Shown: positions 16,169 through 26,365 of the stretch, piece after piece
Position numbering within the stretch: position 1 is the stretch's first letter
Layout of the letters: the number at the start of each line of letters is the position of its first letter
NCBI RefSeq assembly: GCF_043950625.1
Contig: NZ_CP171007.1
Reading direction: 5' to 3' (one strand)
Origin: Alkanindiges sp. WGS2144
Lineage (GTDB): Bacteria > Pseudomonadota > Gammaproteobacteria > Pseudomonadales > Moraxellaceae
Length of the DNA: 32,000 bases
The notes under the pieces: generated by a model
Databases searched by the model: none
What the model saw: the letters and a program-made list of their open reading frames with translations, nothing else
What the model was told of the DNA's origin: nothing
Translations under genes and position numbers: made by a program

Positions 16169-17014
16169 ATGACCAATAATGCAGCACAGCCCGCAACAAA
16201 TCAATCTGAGCAACGTGGCTTATTACAAGGCAAACGTTTTTTAATTGCGGGCGTTGCCAGCAAATTATCCATTGCCTATGGCATTGCCCAGGCCTTGCAT
16301 CGTGAAGGCGCAGAATTGGCGTTTACCTATCCCAATGAAAAAATGAAAAAACGGGTGGATGAATTTGCCGCGCAAATGAATTCAAGCCTGGTATTTGAAT
16401 GCGATGTGGCCAATGATGCACACATCGAGCAAGCCTTTACTGATTTAAGCCAGCATTGGGATAGCCTGGATGGCGTGGTGCATTCCATTGGTTTTGCCCC
16501 GGCGGATCAACTGGATGGTGACTTTACCGAGGTGACCAGCCGGGAAGGTTTTAAAATTGCGCATGATATTTCTGCTTATAGCTTTATTGCTATGGCACGT
16601 GCGGCTAAACCTTTATTGCAGGCACGGCAAGGCTGTTTGCTGACTTTAACTTATCAGGGTTCCGAGCGGGTATTGCCCAACTATAATGTGATGGGTTTGG
16701 CTAAAGCATCTTTGGAAGCCAGTGTGCGTTATCTGGCCAGTAGTCTGGGTAAAGATGGAATCCGGGTGAATGCTATTTCCGCAGGGCCAATTCGTACCCT
16801 TGCTGCCAGCGGTATTAAAAGTTTTAGGAAAATGCTGGATGTAAATGCCTCAATTGCACCATTACAACGTAACGTCACTATTGAAGAAGTTGGCAATGCC
16901 GCACTGTTTTTATGTTCACCGTGGGCATCGGGCATTACTGGTGAAATTTTATATGTAGATGGCGGTTTTAATACCGTGGGCATGAGCGAAAGTTTACTAC
17001 AAGCAGAAAATTAA
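16169..17014 (+). CDS. fabI: Enoyl-[acyl-carrier-protein] reductase (NADH), FabI.
   Basis: [34 protein letters not shown], the catalytic Y-x6-K context [13 protein letters not shown], and [22 protein letters not shown] Shine-Dalgarno 6 nt upstream. Confidence 0.92.
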   Translation: MTNNAAQPATNQSEQRGLLQGKRFLIAGVASKLSIAYGIAQALHREGAELAFTYPNEKMKKRVDEFAAQMNSSLVFECDVANDAHIEQAFTDLSQHWDSLDGVVHSIGFAPADQLDGDFTEVTSREGFKIAHDISAYSFIAMARAAKPLLQARQGCLLTLTYQGSERVLPNYNVMGLAKASLEASVRYLASSLGKDGIRVNAISAGPIRTLAASGIKSFRKMLDVNASIAPLQRNVTIEEVGNAALFLCSPWASGITGEILYVDGGFNTVGMSESLLQAEN

Positions 17015-17069
17015 TTCAGATGGTCGAGAATCCTCGGTCAGAATTTTCCATAAATGGAGACAACAGCAG

Positions 17070-17663
17070 GTGAGCAGCCAGAATAGTAGTCCGGCAGATT
17101 TTGATGTATCCCGTTTTAAAGGCGAAATTGCTTCGGTCAATTATCGTTATATTGCCGCATCCAATGAGTTAAATGCGCGGACTTCGCAGCGGCAGCAGGC
17201 GCTCACTATTTTTATCAGTTTTTTTATTGGGTTGCTGGCTGCTTTAATTGCCTCGCATAATACCAGTAAAAGCAGCAGTGCTCATATTGAATGGATTTTA
17301 CTGGGTTTCCCAGTAGCATCGGCCACCTTTGCGTTTTTAAACTATAAATACGAGCGAATCATCACCAATTTGCGCCAGTATTTGTCGCGCCTTGAGCAGT
17401 ATAATCAGGCACATCTGGCCTTGCCCAGTTATAACACCGACCCTGAATGGGTGAGCAGCGCAAATCATGCCCGGCGCTTTCACGATTATGCCTGTGCCAT
17501 TTTGATTCTGGCTTGTAATAGTATTGGCATTAGTGCGTTTTATGTGCTGTTTCCATTACGCTTTAATCAATCTTACTGGGTGCTGGTGGTGGTGATTCTG
17601 GTGGCTTTTTTAACAGCTGGGCTACACTGGTTATTGCCCAGGTTTGGTTATAAACCGGAATAA
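17070..17663 (+). CDS. Hypothetical integral membrane protein with about four TM segments.
   Basis: GTG start preceded by TGGAGA. Hydrophobic segments are ALTIFISFFIGLLAALIA, WILLGFPVASATFAFL, YACAILILACNSIGISAFYVLF and YWVLVVVILVAFLTAGLHWLL. I recognise no family motif. Confidence 0.5.
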   Translation: MSSQNSSPADFDVSRFKGEIASVNYRYIAASNELNARTSQRQQALTIFISFFIGLLAALIASHNTSKSSSAHIEWILLGFPVASATFAFLNYKYERIITNLRQYLSRLEQYNQAHLALPSYNTDPEWVSSANHARRFHDYACAILILACNSIGISAFYVLFPLRFNQSYWVLVVVILVAFLTAGLHWLLPRFGYKPE

Positions 17664-17726
17664 ACAGCTAAAAATAGTTAAGCCTTTCTAGGTTGCTCTG
17701 TTTGTTAAAAGCAGCCTGAAATAGCT

Positions 17727-17899
17727 AGGGCGTGTCCCTAATTTCACCATGACGTAGCTTCATGGACTAAAGATGGCTAAATCTAGCAAGACGTCGTGAA
17801 ATACCATGCCAATAGTCCACTATTGACTGCGATATTTGCCTTGTTTTGCTGGCAGTTTAACTCACTTTTAGCCATACGATGCAAATAGGGACACGCCCT
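17727..17899. repeat. ~175-bp structured intergenic element bounded by 14-bp perfect inverted repeats. It could be a MITE-like element, an sRNA or a complex terminator.
   Basis: AGGGCGTGTCCCTA (17727-17740) pairs with TAGGGACACGCCCT (17886-17899). Internal perfect hairpins are CCATGA-cgtagct-TCATGG (17747-17765) and CAATAG-tcca-CTATTG (17810-17825). ATGGCTAAA also pairs with TTTAGCCAT. Confidence 0.45.
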
Positions 17900-17904
17900 G
17901 ATAA

Positions 17905-19329
17905 TTAAGGTAATTGCTTCAATGGCCTACCGCCAAGGCTTTGCATGAGTGTAACCATATTGCCAAGCTGGTTAAGCTGGATTTGCAACAGGGAGTTTTG
18001 CGTATTGCGACGAGCCTCTTGCGCGTCAATCCATTGCTTTAAGGCGACCGCACCGGCACGATAGCGCACTTCGTTGAGCTGTTCGGTACGTTGCGCCAGG
18101 CTTAAGGTACGTTCCTGTGCGCTGGCCTGAGTTTGTAGCTGGGTTTTATTGGATAGTGCGTTTTCGACATCTGTTAAGGCACTGTACAAAGACTGGCGAA
18201 AGTTAATAATTGCTGCCTGATATTCCAGTTCGCTAATCGCCAGATTGCGCTGCATGTCGTTGTATTGTAAAAAGGGCAGGGACACGCCTGCCCCTAAAGT
18301 CAGCGCTGGATTTTTAAGCAACTCTGTCAGTGAGGTACTGCTGGAGCCCAGTGATCCGGTCAGGCTAAATGACGGATAGTAGCTGGCCGTTGTCGCATCT
18401 TTACTGGCTAGTACCTTGCGTAAGCGAAGCTCAGCGGCGGCCAGATCAGGACGGCGTGATAGCAGTTCTGCCGGCAAGCCTGCATCAATGGCAGGCAGGT
18501 TTAGCGTCCCTAAATGCTGGGGTTCTTTAAATACCAGCTGGGCAGGTGGCACATCAAATAAAGTGGCTAGCGCATTACGTGCCTCAACCCGCTGCTGAAT
18601 GAGCTGACTTTGGCTGGCCTCTTGTCCTACCAGTGATTGTTCGGCCTGTGCCAGCTCCAGACCAGAAACTGCGCCCGCCCGATATTGTGCCTGAACCAGC
18701 TGAAATAGTTTGCGGCTATTGGCAATACTTGCCTCGCTAGAGGCAATCCGTTCATTTAAATAAGCCAGTTGCCAATACAGATTACATACAGTGCCTACCA
18801 GAGTTTGCGCAGTGGACTGCAAATCCTGTGCCGTGGCAGCGGCTTCCCAGCGGGCAGCTTCGGTCTGATTGGCAAGCTTGCCCCATAAATCCACGGCATA
18901 ACTGACTGAGCCGGACAGGTTTAGGCCACCGGAGCGGTCACTGCCATTGCTCAGTTCCACCTGATGTGAGGCAGAACCACTGGCATTGACACGGGGAAAT
19001 TGCTGGTTGGCTGTTAGTCCGGCTTGCTCACGTGCCTGCCGTAAGCGTAAGCCTGCTACTGCCAGATTATTGTTGGCCGCCAGTGCACGCTCGACCAGAC
19101 TGTTCAACTCGGCATCATTAAAAATAGTCCACCAGTGATCTTCCAGCTGGGCAATATGAACTGCCTGAGTCGCTTGTCCTGGCTGGCTATATTGGGCTGG
19201 AATCTGGACAGCTGGCTGCTGGTAAGGGGTGCGCACAATGGCGGAGCAGCCCACCAGCAGCGAAACCGACAATACGCTTACTGCTAAAACGTGCCGTTGT
19301 GGTTTAAATACTTTTTTAAATGACAGCAT
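17905..19329 (-). CDS. Efflux-system outer membrane lipoprotein (NodT/TolC family), third gene of the macAB operon.
   Basis: Lipobox LLVGCSA follows a signal peptide (MLSFKKVFKPQRHVLAVSVLSVS). Two repeated outer-membrane-factor halves rich in coiled-coil Q/A/L. The ATG at 19329 is preferred; the track start at 19356 is a TTG. Confidence 0.82.
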   Translation of the reverse strand: MLSFKKVFKPQRHVLAVSVLSVSLLVGCSAIVRTPYQQPAVQIPAQYSQPGQATQAVHIAQLEDHWWTIFNDAELNSLVERALAANNNLAVAGLRLRQAREQAGLTANQQFPRVNASGSASHQVELSNGSDRSGGLNLSGSVSYAVDLWGKLANQTEAARWEAAATAQDLQSTAQTLVGTVCNLYWQLAYLNERIASSEASIANSRKLFQLVQAQYRAGAVSGLELAQAEQSLVGQEASQSQLIQQRVEARNALATLFDVPPAQLVFKEPQHLGTLNLPAIDAGLPAELLSRRPDLAAAELRLRKVLASKDATTASYYPSFSLTGSLGSSSTSLTELLKNPALTLGAGVSLPFLQYNDMQRNLAISELEYQAAIINFRQSLYSALTDVENALSNKTQLQTQASAQERTLSLAQRTEQLNEVRYRAGAVALKQWIDAQEARRNTQNSLLQIQLNQLGNMVTLMQSLGGRPLKQLP

Positions 19330-19390
19330 GGTTTGACTCACTGGATATTTATTCAATAGATTCTGTTCAGGTGGTTTTGTTCAGATGGTT

Positions 19391-21388
19391 TTATTCACGA
19401 GAAAGCGCTGCAACGGGATCAAGCTGCGCCGCATTGCGTGCCGGTAAAAACCCAAACAGCACGCCAATAAGCGATGAACAAACAAATGCAGCCACCATAG
19501 AGGTGGTGGAGTAAATCATTTGAAAGCTATCACCGGCAAAGTGACTAAATACCTGTCCAATGCCCAGAGCCAGCAGTACGCCCAGTACACCGCCCAAAAT
19601 ACAGACCAGCACGGCTTCAATTAAAAATTGCTGCAAAATATCGCTCTGCCGTGCTCCAACCGCCATGCGTACACCAATTTCCTGGGTACGCTCAGTCACC
19701 GAGACCAGCATAATGTTCATGACTCCAATACCGCCCACAATCAGGGAAATCACCGCGATGGCAGAAATCAGCAAAGTCATGGTTGCTGTGGTTTGCTGAA
19801 TGGTCTCACGAATATTGTCGCTATTCTGGGTAAATACATCCTGTGCGCCGTGCCGTTGTTCCAGCAGGCTTAAAATGGCATTTTCTGCTGCACTGGTGGG
19901 AGCATTTTCATTAATGCGTACCACAATACTGCGCAGGTTGGGCTGACCCAGCATCCGGCTCATGACTGTGGTATAGGGCATCCAGACATTCAAAGAATCC
20001 GAATTGCCAAATATGCTTTTTTGTGCCTCGGTCACGCCAATAATGCGTGATGGCACATTGCCTAAAAGCAACACCTGACCTAAAGGGTCTTCACCATTAG
20101 GAAAAAAGGTTTTTCTGGTATTCTCATCAATCACCACGTCCTGACTCAGTTCTTTGACATTTCGACTATCAAAAGCCTGACCCTGACTAAACTTGATACC
20201 TTGCACCCGAAAATAATTTTCACCCACGCCGTTGATGGTTGTGCTAGCCTCAATTTCCCGGTAACGCGCTGTCTTTGATGTGTTGACGCTGGGGCTAACA
20301 CTATCTACATAAGGTTGATCAGCAATGGCTTCCGCATCTGCCGGAATCAGGGTTCTGGCCTGACTGGTACGGGAGTTATCACCAAAACCCCGCCCCTGAA
20401 ATACCGTAATGGTGTTGGTACCCAGACTGCTGATATTTTGCAGAATCTGCTGCTGCGAGCCATTACCTAGCGCCACCACCGATACTACCGAGGCAATCCC
20501 AATAATAATACCGAGCATTGTTAAAAACGTACGCAAGCGATGGGCATTCATGGCAAGCAGAGCCATGCGAAACGCTTCACCTAGCCGATCCAGTGCAGAG
20601 CGCAAGGCAGACACCCGTTTGGCGGGCGGGCTGTTTTCTGTGGAGGAGGCGGGTAGGGATGCTGTCTGATCAGCAGTTTCTGTGATTGGTTTATTGGCTT
20701 TGTCACTAATGATTTCGCCATCACTAATTTCAATAATCCTGCTGGCGTTTTGTGCAACGAGAGGATCATGTGTAACCAGAATAATGGTATGGCCTTGCTG
20801 GTGCAGTTCACGCAAAATGCGCATCACTTCAATACCGCTGTTTTTATCCAGTGCACCGGTTGGTTCGTCGGCCAGAATCACCTCACCACCATTGACCAGT
20901 GCCCGGGCAATACTGACCCGTTGCTGCTGACCACCAGATAACTGGCTAGGACGGTGACCCAGACGTTCTCCCAAACCCAGCTGGGTTAATAGTTCAGCCG
21001 CACGTTGTTGCCGCTCTTTGGGTTCAAGGCCAGCGTAAATGGAAGGAACTTCCACATTACCCACCGCGGATAAATCGCCCAGCAAATGATAGCGCTGAAA
21101 AATAAAACCAAAATATTCACGGCGCAGGCGGGCCAGCTCATCTGGGGCTAGTTTGCCGGTTTCCTGACCATTGACCCGGTAACTGCCGCGGGTAGGACGA
21201 TCCAGACAGCCCAGAATGTTCATCAGGGTGGACTTGCCGGAGCCGGACTGCCCGATAATAGCCACCAACTCACCAGCATGAATTTTCAGATTAATATTCT
21301 TAAGTACTGCGACTGTACCTTCACCGGCCGGGAATTCGCGGGTCAGGTTTTCAACTTCCAGCAGCGGTTGAGATGACGTGTGATTCAC
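19391..21388 (-). CDS. macB: MacB-type ABC efflux pump: an N-terminal ATPase fused to a C-terminal FtsX-like permease.
   Basis: Walker [10 protein letters not shown], signature LSGGQQQRV, Walker [12 protein letters not shown]. These are followed by a periplasmic domain and four TM segments ending [21 protein letters not shown] start at 21386-21388, 3 nt after the macA stop. Confidence 0.88.
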   Translation of the reverse strand: MNHTSSQPLLEVENLTREFPAGEGTVAVLKNINLKIHAGELVAIIGQSGSGKSTLMNILGCLDRPTRGSYRVNGQETGKLAPDELARLRREYFGFIFQRYHLLGDLSAVGNVEVPSIYAGLEPKERQQRAAELLTQLGLGERLGHRPSQLSGGQQQRVSIARALVNGGEVILADEPTGALDKNSGIEVMRILRELHQQGHTIILVTHDPLVAQNASRIIEISDGEIISDKANKPITETADQTASLPASSTENSPPAKRVSALRSALDRLGEAFRMALLAMNAHRLRTFLTMLGIIIGIASVVSVVALGNGSQQQILQNISSLGTNTITVFQGRGFGDNSRTSQARTLIPADAEAIADQPYVDSVSPSVNTSKTARYREIEASTTINGVGENYFRVQGIKFSQGQAFDSRNVKELSQDVVIDENTRKTFFPNGEDPLGQVLLLGNVPSRIIGVTEAQKSIFGNSDSLNVWMPYTTVMSRMLGQPNLRSIVVRINENAPTSAAENAILSLLEQRHGAQDVFTQNSDNIRETIQQTTATMTLLISAIAVISLIVGGIGVMNIMLVSVTERTQEIGVRMAVGARQSDILQQFLIEAVLVCILGGVLGVLLALGIGQVFSHFAGDSFQMIYSTTSMVAAFVCSSLIGVLFGFLPARNAAQLDPVAALSRE

Positions 21389-21391
21389 GGC

Positions 21392-22681
21392 TTAAAACCT
21401 CATCGGACGGCTGTTACCAGAACGTTTGGCAGCGCTATTGGAAGTATCACTGCTATCAGCAATCACTACTTCTTCGCCTTCTTTTAGTCCAGAGATCACC
21501 TGGGCACTAACCCGGTTGTTCAGGCCAATTTGTACTTGCCGTGGCACAGCGTTCCCTTCTTCGTCAATTACCCGTACTGTAGCTGGCGTACCGGCTTTGC
21601 CACCAGTAGGAGCCTGTTCAGGCTGGACAGCTTCCTGAGTTTTACTACTGGTTTTTTGTCTTCCGCTTCTTTTGCTACCTTTTGATCCCATGGACTGAAT
21701 GGCAGCTGCTGGAATACTAAGCACATTTCTGGCTTCGTTGAGCACAATATAAACCTGTGCGGTCATATCAATACGCAATTTACCATCCGGGTTAGGTACA
21801 TCAAATAACGCATTATAATAAATGGCACTATTACTGCCTGAGCTGCTGGTGCTGTTATTACTGTCAGTAATAATCGAGTCTGGTGCAGGTTCAATGGCAC
21901 GCAGGCTGGCATAGATTTTTTTGTCCGGTTCGCCGAGTGTGGTGAAATAAACGGTTTGTCCCTGATTGATTCGCATCACATCGGCTTCACTCACCTGCGC
22001 CTTAATTGTCATGGTTTGCAGTTGTGCCAGTTTTACGATAGTGGGTGCAGACTGGTTGGCATTTACGGTCTGGCCTTCTTCAGTCACAATGGCAACCACC
22101 GTACCGTTAATGGGTGCCACAATACGGGTATATCCTACGTTTTCCTGCGCGGTAGATACGGCCAGCCGGGTTTGTTCAATCTGGGCGTCAATGGCCTTGA
22201 TATTGGCTCGGGCAGTTTCCAGGCCAGCCTGGGCAGATTCATATTCTGCACGTGAAGTAGCATCCTGCGCCAGCATGTCTTTTTGTCGTTTAAAATTGAG
22301 CTCGGCTTCTTTTAAAGTGGCTAGACGTGTGGCTTTTTGGGCTTCCAGGTTATTAATTGCTGCCTGCTGGTTTCTTAATTCGTTTTCTTGGCGCACCGAG
22401 TCAATTTGTGCAATCAATTGCCCCTGTTTCACCTGTTCACCAAGTTTGACATACATTTTTCTGACCTGCCCGGAAACCTGTGCTCCCACACTTACCAGCT
22501 GTTGAGCCTGAAGCACACCTGTTGCCAGTACGGCTTCTTCAATATCCTCACGGCTGACCTGAGCAGTAATATATTGCGGTTTTTGTTCCTTGGGTTTTAA
22601 GAACTTCCAGCCAATGACTGCCATTACAAACAGGGTGATAATAACCAGAAAAATTTTTAGGGGTTTTGATTTTACTAACAT
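21392..22681 (-). CDS. macA: Efflux periplasmic adaptor (membrane fusion protein), MacA-like.
   Basis: N-terminal TM anchor (LKIFLVIITLFVMAVIGW), a coiled-coil hairpin region, lipoyl and beta-barrel motifs (YTRIVAPINGTV). It sits immediately upstream of macB. Confidence 0.85.
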   Translation of the reverse strand: MLVKSKPLKIFLVIITLFVMAVIGWKFLKPKEQKPQYITAQVSREDIEEAVLATGVLQAQQLVSVGAQVSGQVRKMYVKLGEQVKQGQLIAQIDSVRQENELRNQQAAINNLEAQKATRLATLKEAELNFKRQKDMLAQDATSRAEYESAQAGLETARANIKAIDAQIEQTRLAVSTAQENVGYTRIVAPINGTVVAIVTEEGQTVNANQSAPTIVKLAQLQTMTIKAQVSEADVMRINQGQTVYFTTLGEPDKKIYASLRAIEPAPDSIITDSNNSTSSSGSNSAIYYNALFDVPNPDGKLRIDMTAQVYIVLNEARNVLSIPAAAIQSMGSKGSKRSGRQKTSSKTQEAVQPEQAPTGGKAGTPATVRVIDEEGNAVPRQVQIGLNNRVSAQVISGLKEGEEVVIADSSDTSNSAAKRSGNSRPMRF

Positions 22682-23197
22682 ACAGATATCGGATGAATTT
22701 TAAATACAGTGAACTATAAAGAGGGCATGCCATTGAAACGTGGCCTAATTGTTTCTTTATATAACAAAATATTAAAGAATTGTATGGATATCTTGTCATT
22801 GCAAGTTTTTTGTGAATTATCTCGCTTAAGTCTGCTGTAAATTTTTGAGTTTTGCTTCTTTTTTGTGCCTAAGGTGCTTATAAGAAAAGTAATTTATTTT
22901 TTAATGAATAAATTCCACTATAAATTCTCTTATAATAGTAGGAGAGCTTTTTAGGCTGCTTTTTCTTCATAAGAAATACTTATAAAGTCTGCTGCCAGAC
23001 AAAGTGGTAACTGGTTCAGTGAGTGTATAAAAAATAAACAAATATAAGGTAATTAGCTAAACCTTGCGTCCACACATGGCTAGAAACGTTTGGTAAAAAT
23101 CGGGTACAATTCTCCGCAATCTTCAGGGATTTGGCTTTTATGAGCCAATTGTATTTTACCTACCAAAATTATTTGGCCTGCCAGGAGTTGTCCCCGC

Positions 23198-23755
23198 ATG
23201 AGTGCCATTACTCCATATGACTGGGCTATTGTAGCTTTTGTTATCGGTGTCACATTCTTGTGCGCCTTCATGCTGACTGTTCCATTATTACTCGGTGGTA
23301 AAGCATGGGGTCGCGCCAAAAATGATCCCTTTGAGTCCGGGGTGGTTGGAGCAGGTGGTGCGCGCTTGCGTTTATCTGCCAAGTTCTATCTTGTTGCAAT
23401 CTTCTTTGTGGTGTTTGACCTTGAGGTACTCTATCTGTATGCCTGGTCGGTCTCCGTACGCGAGGTAGGCTGGGTAGGTTTCTGGACAGCAGCCATTTTT
23501 ATTACTGTTTTGCTCATTGGTCTGGTCTATGAGCTGAGTACTGGCTCTCTAAACTGGTCGCCGTCTGATCGTCGCAAGCAGGCCGGAATTATGCCAAATG
23601 TAGGCTCACCGGATATGAATCTGGCAGATATTACCCGCTTTACCGATATTTCCGAGCTGGAAATGGATCCAACCGGCAAAGTACCTGCCCAGCTGTCAGG
23701 TAAAATTTCTTCCCGGGCTGACCAGTTGCCTTCTCAAGCCTCTGTTAAGGAGTAA
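23198..23755 (+). CDS. nuoA: NADH-quinone oxidoreductase subunit A with a long hydrophilic C-terminal tail.
   Basis: Three TM segments and the conserved FESGV...[33 protein letters not shown] Shine-Dalgarno 10 nt upstream. Residues 121-185 are a non-membrane extension. Confidence 0.9.
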   Translation: MSAITPYDWAIVAFVIGVTFLCAFMLTVPLLLGGKAWGRAKNDPFESGVVGAGGARLRLSAKFYLVAIFFVVFDLEVLYLYAWSVSVREVGWVGFWTAAIFITVLLIGLVYELSTGSLNWSPSDRRKQAGIMPNVGSPDMNLADITRFTDISELEMDPTGKVPAQLSGKISSRADQLPSQASVKE

Positions 23756-23761
23756 TGCGGC

Positions 23762-24439
23762 ATGAAATATACATTGACCCGCGCCAACCCGAATGCTGAG
23801 CAATACCCATTGCAAGATCGCAGAGAGGTTAATGACCCTGTTGCTGAAGAAGTGAACAAGAATGTGTTCATGACGCGTCTGGAAGACCTGTTACATTCCT
23901 CTGTGAACTGGGGCCGCAAGCATTCCTTGTGGCCTTATAACTTTGGTACATCTTGCTGTTATGTGGAGTATGCTACAACCTTGACAGCAGTCCATGATAT
24001 GTCGCGCTTTGGTGCCGAGGTGATTCGCGCTTCACCCCGTCAGGCTGACCTGATGATTGTCGCTGGTACCTGCTTTATCAAAATGGCACCGGTTATTCAG
24101 CGCCTGTATGAGCAAATGCTGGAGCCAAAATGGGTAATTTCCATGGGTGCCTGTGCTAACTCCGGTGGCATGTATGATATCTATTCGGTCGTGCAGGGTG
24201 TGGATAAAATTATTCCTGTTGACGTGTATGTACCCGGATGTCCACCACGTCCTGAGGCATTGCTGCAAGGCTTGATGTTGCTTCAGGATCAGATTCAAAA
24301 AGAGCGTCGGCCATTGTCAGTAGTCATTGGTGATGACCTAAAACCAGTTTATCGCCCAAAAATGCAGCCTGAACGTGATCGCAAGCAGGCAGAGCGGATT
24401 GCTGTGACCAATTTGCGCTCACCTGACGAGATTAGATAG
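23762..24439 (+). CDS. nuoB: NADH-quinone oxidoreductase subunit B.
   Basis: N2 cluster ligand motifs [17 protein letters not shown] and VPGCPPRPE. Confidence 0.93.
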   Translation: MKYTLTRANPNAEQYPLQDRREVNDPVAEEVNKNVFMTRLEDLLHSSVNWGRKHSLWPYNFGTSCCYVEYATTLTAVHDMSRFGAEVIRASPRQADLMIVAGTCFIKMAPVIQRLYEQMLEPKWVISMGACANSGGMYDIYSVVQGVDKIIPVDVYVPGCPPRPEALLQGLMLLQDQIQKERRPLSVVIGDDLKPVYRPKMQPERDRKQAERIAVTNLRSPDEIR

Positions 24440-24451
24440 TAAGATAAAATG

Positions 24452-24472
24452 ACGCTGCCTTTGCAGCGTTTT
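24452..24472 (+). terminator. Small intra-operon stem-loop followed by a short T tract, between nuoB and nuoCD.
   Basis: ACGCTGC-cttt-GCAGCGT followed by TTT. The stem is 7 bp and the T tract is short, so it may be an attenuator or RNA-stability hairpin rather than a full terminator. Confidence 0.25.
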
Positions 24473-24542
24473 GCCAGCTTAGGCAAGTCGTTGTTTAAGT
24501 ACTTGCCCGCCAGAATTTGTAGTAAATAGGAAGGCCTAGCCA

Positions 24543-26342
24543 ATGGCTGAAGAATCAGTAGTTTTGCCAGATGCTGCATCACAATCGCCTATAGTTGACA
24601 AACGTCCGGCCTTTGCAGTGCTTGAAGAGTTACGCGGCAAGTTTGGTGATGTATTTAAGGTGCAAACCACCTTTGAAGACTTTCCAACCATTTGGGTAGA
24701 GCGCTCTCAGTTACTTGATGTGCTGATGTTCCTGCGTACCCTGCCACGTCCATACGTCATGCTGTTTGACTTATCCGCCATGGATGAGCGCCTGCGTACT
24801 CATCGACAGGATTTACCGCCCTCTGACTTTACTGTGTTTTATCATTTGTTGTCGCTGGAGCGTAACAGTGATATCCGGGTAAAGGTCGCCTTGTCGGAAA
24901 GTGATCTAAATGTGCCAACAGCGACCCGTATCTGGCCGAATGCCAATTGGTATGAACGCGAAGCGTATGACATGTTCGGCATTAATTTTGACGGGCATCC
25001 GATGTTGCGCCGGATTCTGCTGCCCACCTATTGGGAAGGCCATCCATTGCGTAAAGACTATGCAGCACGCGCAACCGAATATACGCCGTATTATCTGGAC
25101 AAAGCCAAGCAGGACTTTGAGCAGGAGCAACTGCGTTTTGTGCCTGAAGACTGGGGTATGAAACGCGGCACCAAGGATGAGGACTTTATGTTCTTGAACC
25201 TTGGGCCTAATCACCCGTCTGCGCACGGTGCGTTCCGCGTGGTGCTACAGTTAAACGGCGAGGAAGTAGTTGATTCTGTACCTGATATTGGCTATCACCA
25301 TCGTGGTGCCGAAAAAATGGGTGAACGTCAAACCTGGCACTCCTATATTCCGTACACTGACCGCGTTGACTATCTGGGTGGTGTTGCACAAAACATGCCT
25401 TATGTGATGTCGGTTGAAAAGCTGGCCGGTATCACTGTGCCTGACCGTGCACAAGTGATCCGTGTGATGCTGTCTGAGTTTTTCCGGATTAACAACCACT
25501 TATTGTTTATTGGTACCGCCATTCAGGACGCGGGCGGTATGACGCCGGTATTCTATATGTTTACTGACCGTCAAAAAATTTACGATGTGATTGAGGCCAT
25601 TACCGGTTTTCGTATGCATCCGGCGTGGTTCCGTATTGGTGGAACCGCCGCCGATTTGCCGAATGGCTGGCAAAAGCTGGTACGCGAATTTCTGGATTGG
25701 ATGCCAAGCCGCTTAAAAGAATATAAAAAAGCTGCACTGGAAAACAGCGTCATGATTGGCCGTACCCGCAATGTGGCGCAGTATGATGCCAAGCGTGCAC
25801 TGGCATGGGGCGTTACGGGTACAGGCTTGCGTGCGACCGGAATTGACTTTGATGTGCGCAAGGCACGCCCTTACAGTGGCTATGAAAACTTTGATTTTGA
25901 AGTGCCACTGTATTATCACGGAGATGCCTATGATCGTATTCTGGTGCATTACGATGAAATCTGGCAGTCCTTGCGTATTATTGAGCAGTGCTTAAACAAT
26001 ATGCCGTCAGGCCCATATAAGGCCGACCATCCATTGGCAGTGCCACCCCCCAAAGACAAAACCCTGCATGATATTGAAACCCTGATTAATCACTTCTTAA
26101 GTGTATCGTGGGGACCTGTCATGCCAGCAGGTGAAGCCACGGTAATGTCAGAAGTGGTCAAAGGGGCAAGTACCTATTACCTCACGTCCGATAAATCCAC
26201 CATGAGTTATCGTACCCGGATTCGTACCCCGACTTTCCCGCACTTGCAGCAAATTCCTTCTGTCATTAATGGCAGTTTGGTATCTGACTTGATTATTTAT
26301 CTGGCGACCATTGATATTGTCATGGCCGATGTGGATCGCTAA
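24543..26342 (+). CDS. nuoC: NADH-quinone oxidoreductase fused subunit C/D.
   Basis: 599 aa. The N-terminal NuoC part includes [10 protein letters not shown]...[17 protein letters not shown]. The C-terminal NuoD part includes [16 protein letters not shown]...GYHHRGAEK. The fusion is typical of gammaproteobacterial nuo operons. Confidence 0.93.
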   Translation: MAEESVVLPDAASQSPIVDKRPAFAVLEELRGKFGDVFKVQTTFEDFPTIWVERSQLLDVLMFLRTLPRPYVMLFDLSAMDERLRTHRQDLPPSDFTVFYHLLSLERNSDIRVKVALSESDLNVPTATRIWPNANWYEREAYDMFGINFDGHPMLRRILLPTYWEGHPLRKDYAARATEYTPYYLDKAKQDFEQEQLRFVPEDWGMKRGTKDEDFMFLNLGPNHPSAHGAFRVVLQLNGEEVVDSVPDIGYHHRGAEKMGERQTWHSYIPYTDRVDYLGGVAQNMPYVMSVEKLAGITVPDRAQVIRVMLSEFFRINNHLLFIGTAIQDAGGMTPVFYMFTDRQKIYDVIEAITGFRMHPAWFRIGGTAADLPNGWQKLVREFLDWMPSRLKEYKKAALENSVMIGRTRNVAQYDAKRALAWGVTGTGLRATGIDFDVRKARPYSGYENFDFEVPLYYHGDAYDRILVHYDEIWQSLRIIEQCLNNMPSGPYKADHPLAVPPPKDKTLHDIETLINHFLSVSWGPVMPAGEATVMSEVVKGASTYYLTSDKSTMSYRTRIRTPTFPHLQQIPSVINGSLVSDLIIYLATIDIVMADVDR

Positions 26343-26365
26343 GGCTGGAATAGGGCAAAAAAACC

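Noticed and set aside
17022-17047. Hairpin GGTCGAG-aatc-CTCGGTC followed by AGAATTTT, after fabI.
   Set aside because: The stem needs two G-U pairs, the T tract is short and interrupted, and the next gene starts about 23 nt later. It is too weak to call a terminator.
21966-22505. 179-aa + strand ORF (with 21956-22255 and 22388-22600) antisense to macA.
   Set aside because: macA on the minus strand has clear adaptor-protein features. The + strand product is Cys/Ser/Ala-rich with no motifs. It is a typical shadow ORF of a coiled-coil (Ala/Gln/Glu-rich) coding region.
22548-23382. ORFs 22548-22799 (-) and 23080-23382 (-) at the edges of the macA-nuoA intergenic region.
   Set aside because: Each overlaps the 5' end of a real gene (macA or nuoA) in another frame or strand and extends into AT-rich non-coding DNA. 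Neither has an RBS or motif support.
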